A DNA stretch of 61,214 bases from a virus (taxonomy: Duplodnaviria > Caudoviricetes), in the IMG/VR virus record IMGVR_UViG_3300049733_000144, positions 1 to 61,214 of that record; one strand, given 5' to 3'. Numbering within the stretch: the stretch's first letter is position 1; each line of letters opens with the position of its first letter. Made by a program: the position numbers and the translations under genes. Positions 25,518-35,934 of the stretch are shown in pieces. The notes under the pieces were generated by a model. The model saw only the letters and a program-made list of their open reading frames with translations, made no database searches and was not told the DNA's origin.

Positions 25518-27950
25518 TCATCCAAAGTTACCGAACCCTGATGGCGGCGTGTGCGCGAACGCAGTCGCGCCAAAGTTCGCTGTGATCGTGTCCCCGAATG
25601 CTCCGCACGTCCAGATCACGAAATAGGGTCCGGCATCGAGGCCGCTGATGTCAAAGCCTCCGGTGTTGGTCGCTGGATTGGCAGATCCGTTGTTGTTCCA
25701 GTTGCCGTTGTTCTTGCGGAACCACACTCGCGCGTTGTCCAGATCGAGCGCCATGTCAATCAGGCTGCCCGTCGTGTATGTCGCGACCGTTCCGATGCTG
25801 CCTGAGTTTAGGAACACGTCGCCGAGCACGCTGTAGTAGCCGAAGGAGTCAGCAGCCTGTCCAGCAAAGCCGCCGCTTTCAACAACCAAGCTGGAATTCG
25901 CAGCCCCGATGAACAGATTTCCACCAACAACTAGGCTAGAAAATTCACAGTAGTATTTTCCCGACGATTTGCCGGCTACGGTGCGGACAGAATTGCTGCC
26001 ACTTAGCGCCCCAGCTGTGGCTGTCAGGTCACCGTTGCTCAGAGTGATGATCGAGGACTTGTCAGCCGAGTTCCAGGTCGTCGCTGGCACCGACAGCACG
26101 ACTGACGGGGCGGTCGCACTCAGCGTCAGGTTGGCGGCCGCAGGCAACGCGGTGACGCCGATCTGCGGCGCTGTGGCGCTCAATGTCAGGTCGCCGGCGG
26201 CTGGGTTCTTGTTGACGCTTGGTCCCTGAACTTCGATCTGCGGCGATGATGCGCTCAGCATCAAGTTGGCTGTCGTCGGATTGCGAATAAGTCCAATCTG
26301 CGTGGCAGTCGCGCTCAGTGTCAGGTTGGCGGCGGCTGGCGTGATGTTGAAGCTGACAGTCTCGACAACAACCGTTGGTGCCGCGGACGACAGAGAGACG
26401 TTGCCGGCGCTCGGCGACCGAGATTGCGCGCTGATGATGACGCTCGCCTCGTAGCCGTAGAGCGTCAGGCTGCCGCTGTCGAACGCGCTCGAGGCTCCGA
26501 AGCGGAACTGTAATCCAGTGACCACGCCGAGGTTGCGCAGCCGGCCAGAGCCTTTCGCCGAAGCCAGGCCGCCAGGCGTGTTGGCAGCGATCTGCCAGTC
26601 GAACAGGACGTATGCCGTGGCTCCGTTGGTCGGCGTGCTGAACCTGAGCCAGCCGTTCAGCGCGACATCATCGTCGGCGCTCGAGTACAGGACGATCTCG
26701 TCGTCGGCAGACGAGCCTGACGCGGTGAGAGAGAACTGAGTGCCCTCGGTTCTGTTCCAGGCGTAGTCGGAAGCGCCATCGTTGAAGCCTGGGCTGTTGC
26801 CGCTGGCAATCCTCAAGTTGAACGACTGGCCGGTGAACTGCGGCGTCAGGCTGCTGAAGCGCACCTCGTATGAGTTGAACGAACTGTCGAGGTTCTCCGT
26901 GAACTCCGCAGATGTGTCTCCGCTGTCGACGTTGACAGTTTCCAGCTTGCGGCAGCCGTTATCGTACGGAATCGGGCTTTCCCCCGGCAGGAATTCCGCG
27001 TCGATCTCTCCGCCCGTGCCAATCGGCACGTAGCGGCGAATCCTGGATGTCACGCCATCGGTCACGTCGATCCGATAAGAGCCGCCGGCGACGTGGAAAA
27101 AATACGGACCGTCGGCAGCATCGTATGGTTCTGTCGGCGGCGTAAAATTCGACGTGTGGCGCGCCGTTCCGATGGAAAGACGAAATTCGTCGATGTTCCC
27201 TGTCCACAGCTCGGTGAACTCTGTCAGGCCGCCAACGCGCACCTCGGTCGCGCCTGGGTTTACCGTTCCGGAGAAGGCAACATCGCCGCCTTGCTGAGCA
27301 CCATCGATGAAGAGCTTGAGCGTGTTGCCGGTGCGAACGAACTCTACGTGATGCCAGCCAGGGTTCAGGCCGCTGGTGTACTGAGTCGTGCCAGTGACAG
27401 TCGTCGCCGTCGCGATCGACACCACGCTGGCCGCGATGACGTTGCCGGCGGTTTTCCTTATCTGCCAGGACGAGTTGCCGTGCGCCAGCGTGCTGAACGC
27501 CACTTGATTAGCAAGGACGCGGGCCGCGCCGCCTGAGTCTTCGGCCAGGAATCTCAGGTCGATCGTGAAGTCGCCCGCGCCGAGATCGAGATCGTCGTAC
27601 TCGTCGGTCTCGATCGTGTCGTTGAACGATGTGCCCAGCAACAGCGAGGTCCCGAACGCGCCTTCGCTGTCGATCTGCGCCGCGCCGGTTGCCGTCCACG
27701 CGCGCGTGACAAGCGCGCCATCGTCCACGATTGACTGCGAGCCAATCGCGCCTTCGAAATGCAGGAGCACGTTGGTAAAAGCGTCGCTGCCGCCGGCTGG
27801 AGCAAACGGATTAGATCTGCTTACCAGTCCGTCTCGGTCGCTGAACAGGCTAGTTGAGCCACCGTCCTCGTCAGTGACCGTGACGCTGGTCGGGACGATG
27901 ACGTCTCCATCGTCGTCGAACTCGCACTCGGTGAATCGCGCCAGCGTCAC
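25518..27950 (-). CDS. Tail fibre/adhesin with LamG and SPRY-like domains
   Basis: GTG start coupled to the upstream stop; LLHFEG...GDFTID...WHHV...IDEFR (LamG); SGKYYCE...MALDLDN..VWF.KN (SPRY). Confidence 0.75.
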   Translation of the reverse strand: MTLARFTECEFDDDGDVIVPTSVTVTDEDGGSTSLFSDRDGLVSRSNPFAPAGGSDAFTNVLLHFEGAIGSQSIVDDGALVTRAWTATGAAQIDSEGAFGTSLLLGTSFNDTIETDEYDDLDLGAGDFTIDLRFLAEDSGGAARVLANQVAFSTLAHGNSSWQIRKTAGNVIAASVVSIATATTVTGTTQYTSGLNPGWHHVEFVRTGNTLKLFIDGAQQGGDVAFSGTVNPGATEVRVGGLTEFTELWTGNIDEFRLSIGTARHTSNFTPPTEPYDAADGPYFFHVAGGSYRIDVTDGVTSRIRRYVPIGTGGEIDAEFLPGESPIPYDNGCRKLETVNVDSGDTSAEFTENLDSSFNSYEVRFSSLTPQFTGQSFNLRIASGNSPGFNDGASDYAWNRTEGTQFSLTASGSSADDEIVLYSSADDDVALNGWLRFSTPTNGATAYVLFDWQIAANTPGGLASAKGSGRLRNLGVVTGLQFRFGASSAFDSGSLTLYGYEASVIISAQSRSPSAGNVSLSSAAPTVVVETVSFNITPAAANLTLSATATQIGLIRNPTTANLMLSASSPQIEVQGPSVNKNPAAGDLTLSATAPQIGVTALPAAANLTLSATAPSVVLSVPATTWNSADKSSIITLSNGDLTATAGALSGSNSVRTVAGKSSGKYYCEFSSLVVGGNLFIGAANSSLVVESGGFAGQAADSFGYYSVLGDVFLNSGSIGTVATYTTGSLIDMALDLDNARVWFRKNNGNWNNNGSANPATNTGGFDISGLDAGPYFVIWTCGAFGDTITANFGATAFAHTPPSGFGNFG

Positions 27951-28780
27951 TTTAGGAAACCGTAAAGCGAGACCGAGCCGGAGGTGATCGTGCCGGTGCT
28001 GGGCAACAGTCGCACGGCAGTGATCGCATCGAGCGCGGCGATGTATCGGCCCGATCCGAACGTGGTCACGATCTCGGGATGCGGGCTCAGGTAGACGCCC
28101 TGCCACCCGAACATCTTGTAGATCGTCGTCGACTCTGGATTGCTGAAGAAGATGTTGAAATTGAAACTTTCTGACGCGTCGTTGCCGATCGAGTTAGCAA
28201 GCTTGATCTGGTTGTCGGCGCTGTCCCCGCTGGCCGTGATCGCCGGCGACACGGTGCCGTCGTTGAGCTGCCACGCGTAGTCAGAGGCTCCGGCTTGATA
28301 CGTCGGCCCTCCGCCGGTGCCGATTCGCAGCCAGAACGCCGCTCCGTCGCTCGACGGCCTGATGCTGCTGCCTCGCAGCTCGAACGAGTCAAAGTAGGTG
28401 TCGTAATCAGAGAGCAGGAAATCGAGCTGGGCGCTGGCGCTGGCGGTCTGCGTGTCGAGCAAATAAATCGCGGCCTGGCCGGCCGCCGCGGCCGCTGCCG
28501 TGATGTCGAACTCAGCCGCCGTGCCGATGCCCTTGTAGCGCACGACGCGACGGAAATTTCCCTTTGTCGCGATGATTCGGTAAGCGCCGCCCAGGACGTG
28601 AAACGCGAACGAGCCATCGGCGTTGCCGGTGAACGGATTGGTGATCGGCGTTGCGCCGGCCCGGTCGCTGTAGAGCGCGGCCAACGCGCCCGTGAGCTCC
28701 GAGCGCACTTCGATCGTCGGGCTGGCCTGCACGTTGCCCGACGAGTCGACCACGAAGCTCTGATAGCGCGCCAGTGCCAT
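27947..28780 (-). CDS. Tail fibre-associated virion protein
   Basis: LYSDRAG..NPF N-terminal domain; C-terminal ITAVRL..STGTITSGSVSLYG. Confidence 0.7.
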   Translation of the reverse strand: MALARYQSFVVDSSGNVQASPTIEVRSELTGALAALYSDRAGATPITNPFTGNADGSFAFHVLGGAYRIIATKGNFRRVVRYKGIGTAAEFDITAAAAAAGQAAIYLLDTQTASASAQLDFLLSDYDTYFDSFELRGSSIRPSSDGAAFWLRIGTGGGPTYQAGASDYAWQLNDGTVSPAITASGDSADNQIKLANSIGNDASESFNFNIFFSNPESTTIYKMFGWQGVYLSPHPEIVTTFGSGRYIAALDAITAVRLLPSTGTITSGSVSLYGFLK

Positions 28781-28783
28781 GGA

Positions 28784-31072
28784 TCAAACCTGCGGCCCGA
28801 TGATGTCGCCCGTGACGGTGAATGTCACGAAGGCGACTCCGTCGATCGCGTTGCCGGCGGCGCCGCCCGATCCAAAATATCCGCCGGCCAGAGCCGCACC
28901 GGTCTGGCCCGCGACCCCAGGGCCGCCGCCGTAACCGCCGTTGCAGTTGACCTCGAACCCAGGGCTGCCGCCCGTGGTGAACGTTCCGGCCTGGCCGAGA
29001 GATGTGCCGCCGCCGCCGAGGCCAGGAACTCGGCCTGCGCCGCCGCCCCCGCCGCCGACGCGACTGCCGCCAGGACCGACACCCATGCCGCCGCCGCCGC
29101 CGCCGCCCCAGATCGATCCGTTGTTTTCCAGGCTGAATGCGACCGTGGTCTTGAGTGCGGTCCCGCCGGGCTGGCCATCATTCGCGAATGCCAGACCGCC
29201 TGCACGGCCGCCGGCTCCTGCGATCATGCCGTTGTTGATCAGGACGCGTGTCACGCCGGCCGGCCAGGATCCCCAATCGAGCGACACCAATTCGCTGGAA
29301 GTCGATCCGATGTTGATCGATGTGTTCACGTAGACGGTGACAGTGTCGCCAGAGATCGGCTCCGGAAACAGCTCGTCGTGCCGAGTTCTGATGTTGACGT
29401 TGTTCTCGTCGGAATCAAAAATGATCGTGTGCTGCGTCGGGTCGACGATCGCGCCTTCGTACTCAGTGAACAGCATCTCCTCTGCCTCGACCGCGTATTC
29501 CTCGGCCTTCGGCTTGATGCGCGTGACGGTGATCGGGGTGGTCGTCTCCGCGCCGGTGTCGTCCTGGATCATCCAGCCGCCGAGCTGGTAGCCGCCGCCG
29601 AGCGTCGGATCTGTGCCAGCGTCGCGCGCCAGCGCCAGCGTGAAGCGCCGCGGCGCCGTGACGTAGCGGCTCAGATACGCATAGCCCAGGCGCTCTGCGA
29701 CCGCGCGACCGCCAGTCGCGACGCCGTCAGCCAGGATGCGCGCGATCGATGCGCCGCCAAAAGTTTCCTCGGCTTCCTCGTCGTACACCTCGACCATTGA
29801 TCGGTAATTTTCGAGCTCGTCGTAGCGCTTCAGCGGATTGACTTGCCCGAAATAGACCTGCACGCGGGTGACGCGTTTCTCGGGCTGCTCCTTGGCCTCG
29901 AGCGTTCCAGACTTGATGTTTCCGCCGTCGTAAACATCGGCTTCTGTTCCGATCGCGCGCAGCACCTGAAACCGTATCTGCTGAGTAATCTCGTCCTGCC
30001 AGACTGCAGCGCCCATCTGCTTCAACAGGCGACTGATCAGCGTGTTGACGCCGGTCGGCTCCGCGACGTTGACTGTGTAAACGTTGCCGATGAAACTCGC
30101 CGACTCGGCCTGCCATTCCGAGAGATTTATCAGACCGGCGCTCACGCCCGCGTAGTTGACCAGCCAGTCCCATATGATGTCGGCGCCGTCCTGGCCCACC
30201 GCCCGGTAGACGACCTGCACGCGGTCGCCGGCCGAATGCGCCACGGCCTCGGTATTCAGTTGAGCGCGCACGATCGTCAGCGTGTCGCTGGCGCGCGTGA
30301 ACGAGACAATTTCCTTGCCGCCAATGTTGGCATAGCCAGATGCGGGATAGGTCGCGCCGATGCCGGCCTCTGAGAGCACCAGCGATAGCGAGCCAGAGGT
30401 GATGTCAGATTGCAGAAAGCCGTTGCTCGCCGCCGGCGCCTGAGATCGATCAGAGTCAGCCAGCTTGAGAGTGTCCTTGGCAATGATCGAGAAGAAACCA
30501 GCCGGCGTTGGCCCGTCCGTGCTTTCTATGACGTAGTGCCGCGTCTCCATGTCCTCGAGCTCATCGCCCAGGACGCCTCGGATCAGGCGCAGCGCTCTGC
30601 CTCGCAAGGATGGATGACGGAAACGAAATTTGCCCCAGAACGTGCCTTGCTCGAACGGGTCGTAGTCGCGCTCGGAAAGATACTTGTCGAAGCCAACGCC
30701 GGTGTCCGAGTGCTTGCTGTCGCGCATCGTGACGCGGATTGAGCCGCGCGTGCCGAGGTCCTGCCCGAGCGATACGGTCTGCGGCGTTACGTCCACATCT
30801 TCTGGCCGCTGAATGAATGGCAGGCAGTCGATGTCGGTCGGCAGATAGGCCGTGTCCAGCGCGAAGCGCAGCGTAGTGGGGACTTGAGGACAATCACCTG
30901 GCTCATCCAGGTCGCTGTAGTTTGCCAGGTCCTGACAGGTGCCACGCGAGTTGAAGCACTTGCGCGTGCCAGTTGGTGGTGAGCTAGTCAGGGACGCTGT
31001 GCACGGCGAAACGCCATAGGTGAGCGAGCAATATGATATGTCGATTTCAACGTAGATCAGAACCTCGCTCAT
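28784..31072 (-). CDS. Tail tip/baseplate hub protein with Gly-rich C-terminus
   Basis: Two genes downstream of the tape measure; N-terminal Cys cluster; GGGGGG-rich tail. Confidence 0.7.
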   Translation of the reverse strand: MSEVLIYVEIDISYCSLTYGVSPCTASLTSSPPTGTRKCFNSRGTCQDLANYSDLDEPGDCPQVPTTLRFALDTAYLPTDIDCLPFIQRPEDVDVTPQTVSLGQDLGTRGSIRVTMRDSKHSDTGVGFDKYLSERDYDPFEQGTFWGKFRFRHPSLRGRALRLIRGVLGDELEDMETRHYVIESTDGPTPAGFFSIIAKDTLKLADSDRSQAPAASNGFLQSDITSGSLSLVLSEAGIGATYPASGYANIGGKEIVSFTRASDTLTIVRAQLNTEAVAHSAGDRVQVVYRAVGQDGADIIWDWLVNYAGVSAGLINLSEWQAESASFIGNVYTVNVAEPTGVNTLISRLLKQMGAAVWQDEITQQIRFQVLRAIGTEADVYDGGNIKSGTLEAKEQPEKRVTRVQVYFGQVNPLKRYDELENYRSMVEVYDEEAEETFGGASIARILADGVATGGRAVAERLGYAYLSRYVTAPRRFTLALARDAGTDPTLGGGYQLGGWMIQDDTGAETTTPITVTRIKPKAEEYAVEAEEMLFTEYEGAIVDPTQHTIIFDSDENNVNIRTRHDELFPEPISGDTVTVYVNTSINIGSTSSELVSLDWGSWPAGVTRVLINNGMIAGAGGRAGGLAFANDGQPGGTALKTTVAFSLENNGSIWGGGGGGGMGVGPGGSRVGGGGGGAGRVPGLGGGGTSLGQAGTFTTGGSPGFEVNCNGGYGGGPGVAGQTGAALAGGYFGSGGAAGNAIDGVAFVTFTVTGDIIGPQV

Positions 31073-31075
31073 CGC

Positions 31076-31915
31076 TCACGCAATGCCTCGCATTGCCAAG
31101 GTGGTGTGCACGCGCTGCGTGATGGTGCTGGTCACGGCGTCAGGGTTGTTAGTAAGCCAAGCGTATGACGCTTCAAGCGGATATGTTTCCGGATGCCAGG
31201 CGAAGAAGAACGGTTTGGTGCGGGCGAACTGCAGGAACGGGTCCATGTAGGTACGCCACCAGTCTGGCTCGAAGTGCTCGAAGCGCGCCTCGGACTCGCG
31301 CCACTCCTGCAGCAGCGTGCGGCCCAGGAAGTTACCGGTCTCGCTCATGCCGTTGACGACGATCGAGCGGCGGCCGTACTTCATGGGAACATGGTCAGAC
31401 TCGACCGTGATGCTGCGCTGAGGCACCAGCAGCTTGCCGACGTACATCGAGCCGATCCGCGGCGTCTCGGTGCCGCCCTGGATGCGCAGGCGGATGTGGG
31501 TGAGCGGCTGAGGCTCGAAACGGAAGATCGTCGGCGAGTCGTCTGGCAGGATCATCTCGTCGATCAGCGTGACATAAGGCTGATCAGGCGAGTCCGGCGC
31601 CACATCGATCTTGCCCTCGACTGAAACCATGAACCCGCCGGTGCCCAGGTTGTGGGCGGCGATCGCCAGATAGTCGATATCGTCGCCATAGGTGATGCCG
31701 CTGACCGACACATACTCGTCGGAAGCGGTGTTGGCGCCGCCCATCCAGTACAGGTGGGTCGCAGGATTGGCAATATTGGTCACTGGGTGCGATGAATCCT
31801 CGGTGGTGCTGTCTACATTGCTGCTGGTCGCGAGCTGATGGTAGCCGATCCACGGGCATCCTGGCGGCCCTTCGTCGACCTCGGCCAGCACGAGCGAGCT
31901 GCTCATGACGATCAT
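31076..31915 (-). CDS. Distal tail protein (putative)
   Basis: Directly follows the tape measure gene with ATGA overlap. Confidence 0.6.
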   Translation of the reverse strand: MIVMSSSLVLAEVDEGPPGCPWIGYHQLATSSNVDSTTEDSSHPVTNIANPATHLYWMGGANTASDEYVSVSGITYGDDIDYLAIAAHNLGTGGFMVSVEGKIDVAPDSPDQPYVTLIDEMILPDDSPTIFRFEPQPLTHIRLRIQGGTETPRIGSMYVGKLLVPQRSITVESDHVPMKYGRRSIVVNGMSETGNFLGRTLLQEWRESEARFEHFEPDWWRTYMDPFLQFARTKPFFFAWHPETYPLEASYAWLTNNPDAVTSTITQRVHTTLAMRGIA

Positions 31916-33894
31916 GCGCGGCCCGCATCGAACAAGACGCGCCCTCCGCTGTCGCGCTGCCAATCTAGGATGCCGTTGACGATGTCGCGCACCACGTCGC
32001 CGCGGAAGTAGTCGCCCGACCGCACTCCAGTCACATTGAGCGTGGCGCTGTCCTGCCTCCTTGGCTTGCCGGGCGTCTCGACCGTGACCCGTTCGCCGGC
32101 CGTGGCCATGAACGAGACAGGCACGCGGTCGATGCCGGCCGGACCAGCGATGTTGAACGAACCGCCATGAGCCATGCCGATCGGCGTGCCCTTGATGGCA
32201 GCGACCAGCGACAGGCCCTTGGCGAGCACCACCGCGGCGGCGGCGAGGTTGGCAGGAAACGGACCGACCAGCGCCTCGGCGGAAGCGGCAAATGCTGAGA
32301 ACAGCGCTTGCGCGGCCATCGCTATCTTGGAAGCCCTGACCCAGTCTTTTTGATCACCGCCGATCGCCGTGAACATTTCGCCGAACGCACCGGCGATTTG
32401 CCCGGCCGCGCTGGAATAGGTCGCGGCTATCGTCATGGCGGCCTTTTGGCTCGCTGCGGCACGCACTTCTTCGGTGATCTTTCCTTTCTGGTGCAGAAGA
32501 TCAATCTGGTCCAGCTTGAGCGCGTACTGATCCCAGGGGGTCAAGAACTCCTGCGTCAGCTTCATGCCCTGCAGACCGAGCATGGCTTCATTCAATTTCT
32601 GCACGGCTGGCGGCAAAACAAGAATAGCCTTGTTGCCTTCGAAGAAGGATGCCTCGACGAGCTTCATCTGAACGGCGGTCTGCGCCAGACCTGGTGCTAA
32701 CTGACGAGAGAAAACGTTAGACGCTTCGATTGTTTCGACCCGCAGACTCTCGAGCTTCTTCCTCAGAGCCTCGGCAATCTGCGCCTGCTCTTTCGATTGC
32801 ATCTCGCGCTTGAGCTTGGCCTCAGCGTCCGCCTGCTCCAGCAGCGATTTCTTCAGGCGGTCAGTCTGATCGGTCAGTGCGGCAGTGCTGATACCGACAG
32901 ACTGCAGCAGCGCCGAGAAGTCCTTCATGAAGGTCTCGGACTCGCTCAGCTGCCCGAGCGCCTTGGCAGCAAATATGATACCGGCGGCGATCAGAGTGAA
33001 CTTGAGCAGCAGCGGAGACAGTATGGCAACGATCGCACCCATCGCGATCAAGAACGGAGTGGAGTTGTCGGCGACAAACCTGAGTGCCCTGCCTATGGCT
33101 TCTGCTGTCGATCGGAAGCCGTCAGAGTCAAGCGTGGCCTTGACTATCTTGTTGCTCAAATCCTCGAGCCGCGGCAGCACCAGGCTAGCAATGACATTGT
33201 AGAACCCCTGACTGGCGGCGGACATCCGCTTCAGGTTGTCCTGAAAATTCTCTGCCTGCTTGGCCGTGTCTTTGCTGATGACGAGGTTCAGCTTCTGCGC
33301 CTGCTCGTAGACTTCCTGAATGCCCTTGGCTCCGCTGTTCAGCAGCGGAATGAGCTGCTGACCTACGCGTGCGCCGAACGCTCCTATCGCGATGGCGGTC
33401 TTGGTAGCTCCGTCCTCGGTGCGCGCGAACTCGAACGCCAGCTTCTCGAGCTGCTTCTCCGGCGTCAAGTCCTTGAACGCTTTGGCATCGATGCCGAGAG
33501 CCTTCAAGGCTCTGGCCATCTCTCCAGTCTCTTTGTCAGCGTCGGTCATGCCCTTGGCGAGCTTGCCCATCGCCTTGGTTAACGACTCGATGCTTAGGTC
33601 AGACAGGCCAGCGGCCAGCGACAAGGCCGACATGGCTTCGGTGGTGACGCCGACTTTCTGGGCTTCCTTGCCGAGCTTGTCCATCGAGTCGATGGCTCGC
33701 CCGACGCCCTTGATCATGTCTCCGATGGCGCTGCCGACCTTGTCGAATATCTCAGCAAGTTTTATTCCGGCAGCAACAGCAGTGGCGTCGCGCGCGAAAC
33801 TCTTGAGGCCTCCGCTGGCCTTCTTGATGCCGTCCTCGAACTCGCCTGTGTCGGCGCCGAGAACGACGCGAAGTGCGCCGATGATGGCGGCCAT
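31912..33894 (-). CDS. Tape measure protein
   Basis: IGALRVVLGADT..F N-terminus, Ala-rich helical body, follows the tail chaperones. Confidence 0.9.
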   Translation of the reverse strand: MAAIIGALRVVLGADTGEFEDGIKKASGGLKSFARDATAVAAGIKLAEIFDKVGSAIGDMIKGVGRAIDSMDKLGKEAQKVGVTTEAMSALSLAAGLSDLSIESLTKAMGKLAKGMTDADKETGEMARALKALGIDAKAFKDLTPEKQLEKLAFEFARTEDGATKTAIAIGAFGARVGQQLIPLLNSGAKGIQEVYEQAQKLNLVISKDTAKQAENFQDNLKRMSAASQGFYNVIASLVLPRLEDLSNKIVKATLDSDGFRSTAEAIGRALRFVADNSTPFLIAMGAIVAILSPLLLKFTLIAAGIIFAAKALGQLSESETFMKDFSALLQSVGISTAALTDQTDRLKKSLLEQADAEAKLKREMQSKEQAQIAEALRKKLESLRVETIEASNVFSRQLAPGLAQTAVQMKLVEASFFEGNKAILVLPPAVQKLNEAMLGLQGMKLTQEFLTPWDQYALKLDQIDLLHQKGKITEEVRAAASQKAAMTIAATYSSAAGQIAGAFGEMFTAIGGDQKDWVRASKIAMAAQALFSAFAASAEALVGPFPANLAAAAVVLAKGLSLVAAIKGTPIGMAHGGSFNIAGPAGIDRVPVSFMATAGERVTVETPGKPRRQDSATLNVTGVRSGDYFRGDVVRDIVNGILDWQRDSGGRVLFDAGRA

Positions 33895-34250
33895 CAGCCG
33901 ACCTTAGCTTTCCGAGCGGCCTCAACGCGCTCCATGGCCTTGACCCACTTGTTCATGATTTCGGCTTGCTCCTCCAGCGTCTGCTTGCGCTTCTTTTGCG
34001 GCGCGCCATCCTTGAGCAGGAGACGATTGAGCTTTGGCATGGCCTTCGTTCTGCTCAGCGCCGCGACGTGCCAGGCCAGCCAGGCGCGCTCGTTGTGCTC
34101 GCGCCGTCGCTTTACCTCGTGGGCTCGAAAGGTCGCGTTGATCTGGCGCGGCGTGCGACGCCAGAAGACGTCGGCGTCTAGCCCTAGAGATTCCCAGAGG
34201 GCGAGGAGTGCTTCCCATTGGGACCTTGCGTCGCCGTCTGCTGCGGAGGG
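33894..34250 (-). CDS. Tail assembly chaperone frameshift extension (gpT-like), no start codon of its own
   Basis: The -1 frame reads QWEALLALWESLGLDADVFWRRTPRQ...AWLAWHVAAL...MPKL and stops at the tape measure ATG. Confidence 0.75.
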   Translation of the reverse strand, partial: PSAADGDARSQWEALLALWESLGLDADVFWRRTPRQINATFRAHEVKRRREHNERAWLAWHVAALSRTKAMPKLNRLLLKDGAPQKKRKQTLEEQAEIMNKWVKAMERVEAARKAKVG

Positions 34251-34573
34251 CGGGCAGAACTGTCCTCCGGCTCGAACGTGGCATTCAGCGCCTTGGTGAT
34301 GATTTCGCTGGTCTCGTTCGGCAGTTGATACTTCCAGATCTCAGTCACGTCATCCATCGTCAGGCCAGGATGGTGATCCTGCAAGCCAGCCCAGAATATT
34401 TTTTGCAACGTGCTCAGGCGGAAGTTCTCTGGATCGTTCGCCAGCTTGACGATCTTGGTCGTGCTCATGTCCAGCATCTCTTCCAATTGCCGCAGCGCGT
34501 TGGTGGAAAAGTGCATGGTGTAACTGGACGCACCAGCCTTGAACTCGATATCTCCGCGCAAAGAGTTCGCCAT
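34184..34573 (-). CDS. Tail assembly chaperone (gpG-like)
   Basis: MANSLRG...FSTNALRQLEE...FWAGL; lies between the major tail gene and the tape measure. Confidence 0.8.
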   Translation of the reverse strand: MANSLRGDIEFKAGASSYTMHFSTNALRQLEEMLDMSTTKIVKLANDPENFRLSTLQKIFWAGLQDHHPGLTMDDVTEIWKYQLPNETSEIITKALNATFEPEDSSARPPQQTATQGPNGKHSSPSGNL

Positions 34574-34580
34574 CGCTACC

Positions 34581-35042
34581 TCAGTAATTGGTTGTGATCA
34601 GACCGGTCACCTTGATCGTGACCGTGGCCGTCATCTTGTCGTCTACGGGCGCTTCCGGCTCGTAGCCAGTGATCTCCCCGTTGAACGTCCAAGACATGCC
34701 ATTGGAGAAGATGATCTGACAGCTGCGACGGCGACTCTCAGTGACCGGCGTGTTCATCCAGTCGAACAGGATTTGGTCAGTCTCGCTGCCTGGTATGAAG
34801 TTCATCTCGAACGAAGTCTCGCCTGGGTCGATCAACCCGCTGATGAACTCGCGGATGCGGCCTGGTGACTGCATGTGCGTGACGTCGACCTGATCCACCG
34901 TCAGCGACGGCGGAGTGATATTGCTGACTTCCGACAAGTACATGTAGTCAGTCGGCGACGAGCCGCTGTTGCCAACGCGAAAGAACGAGCCATAGCCAAG
35001 CAACGCGCTGCTTGCTTGACCTTCAGGAGGGGAGTTAGCCAT
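34581..35042 (-). CDS. Major tail tube protein
   Basis: EVSNITPP...VDVTHMQSP..REFISGLIDPGE.SF. Confidence 0.9.
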   Translation of the reverse strand: MANSPPEGQASSALLGYGSFFRVGNSGSSPTDYMYLSEVSNITPPSLTVDQVDVTHMQSPGRIREFISGLIDPGETSFEMNFIPGSETDQILFDWMNTPVTESRRRSCQIIFSNGMSWTFNGEITGYEPEAPVDDKMTATVTIKVTGLITTNY

Positions 35043-35060
35043 CGGGTTGCTCCTTTGTGA

Positions 35061-35510
35061 TCACTTCTTTGCAGCCAATCGAGCAGCCTTGCGCGCCGCC
35101 CGCGCCGCGGCTTTCTCTATCTCGATCCAGATATCGTCAGCCACGCTTTTCAACGCCGTCTGTTTGTTGGCGTCCCACGCTGGTCGTAGCGTCGGATGCG
35201 GCGTCATATTGACGGTTCCGAATTCTTCAGTGATTGCTTGTTTAAGCGCGCCGGGGCCGGCAAAGACTTCCACTTCGGATTCTTTTTGATGCTGCGACCG
35301 CTGACGCTTTGATAGCTTGTCGCTCACGCCAAAGGATCGTTGCAGCCGACCCGTCAATACCCGTGATGCCGCCCTGGCCTCATCGGCTATCGGTTGACCA
35401 GCCTTGATCAGTGCCCGCTTGATTACATTCTTCTGAGTGGCTCTCGGCAACTCGCCAAGCGCTTCCAGCGTATCGCTCAATCCTTCTACGATGAAAGCCT
35501 TTTTCGCCAT
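35061..35510 (-). CDS. HK97 gp10-like tail component
   Basis: VEGL..., TGRLQRS, EFGT..M.PHP.LRPAWD. Confidence 0.85.
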   Translation of the reverse strand: MAKKAFIVEGLSDTLEALGELPRATQKNVIKRALIKAGQPIADEARAASRVLTGRLQRSFGVSDKLSKRQRSQHQKESEVEVFAGPGALKQAITEEFGTVNMTPHPTLRPAWDANKQTALKSVADDIWIEIEKAAARAARKAARLAAKK

Positions 35511-35511
35511 A

Positions 35512-35934
35512 TCAGTATTCGGCGAACTTGAAGAAATAGTCTCTCCGGCGGGCAAACAGTTTCGCGGTCGAATCATACTCGTCGCGACCTATGTCATGGA
35601 ACACGCCATGGATGTTCACGGTTGACTGCGGCGAATTCGATCCATATGCGACCACGCCGCGAAACCCGCTCAGCGCATCAAAGCAGGCGTCTCCAAGCTG
35701 AGCCGACAAGTCGGCCGTTAGCGCCCAGCCGTCGATCTGATAGCGCGCACTGATCAGATTATCTGAGCTTCGCATGTTATAAGTCGTGTCTTCAGTCACC
35801 AGGAAATACACCACGCTTGGACTTGTGATGCCCTGCGGCAGCAATATCGGATAGACGCGCGAACCGCCGACCAGGCCGGACACAGTGGCGTTGTTGAGCA
35901 GTATCTGCCTGATTGCCGGGCGGATGTCTTTCAT
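35512..35934 (-). CDS. Tail terminator (DUF3168-like)
   Basis: VGGSRVYP..LPQ....P.VVY, RYQIDGWA. Confidence 0.8.
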   Translation of the reverse strand: MKDIRPAIRQILLNNATVSGLVGGSRVYPILLPQGITSPSVVYFLVTEDTTYNMRSSDNLISARYQIDGWALTADLSAQLGDACFDALSGFRGVVAYGSNSPQSTVNIHGVFHDIGRDEYDSTAKLFARRRDYFFKFAEY

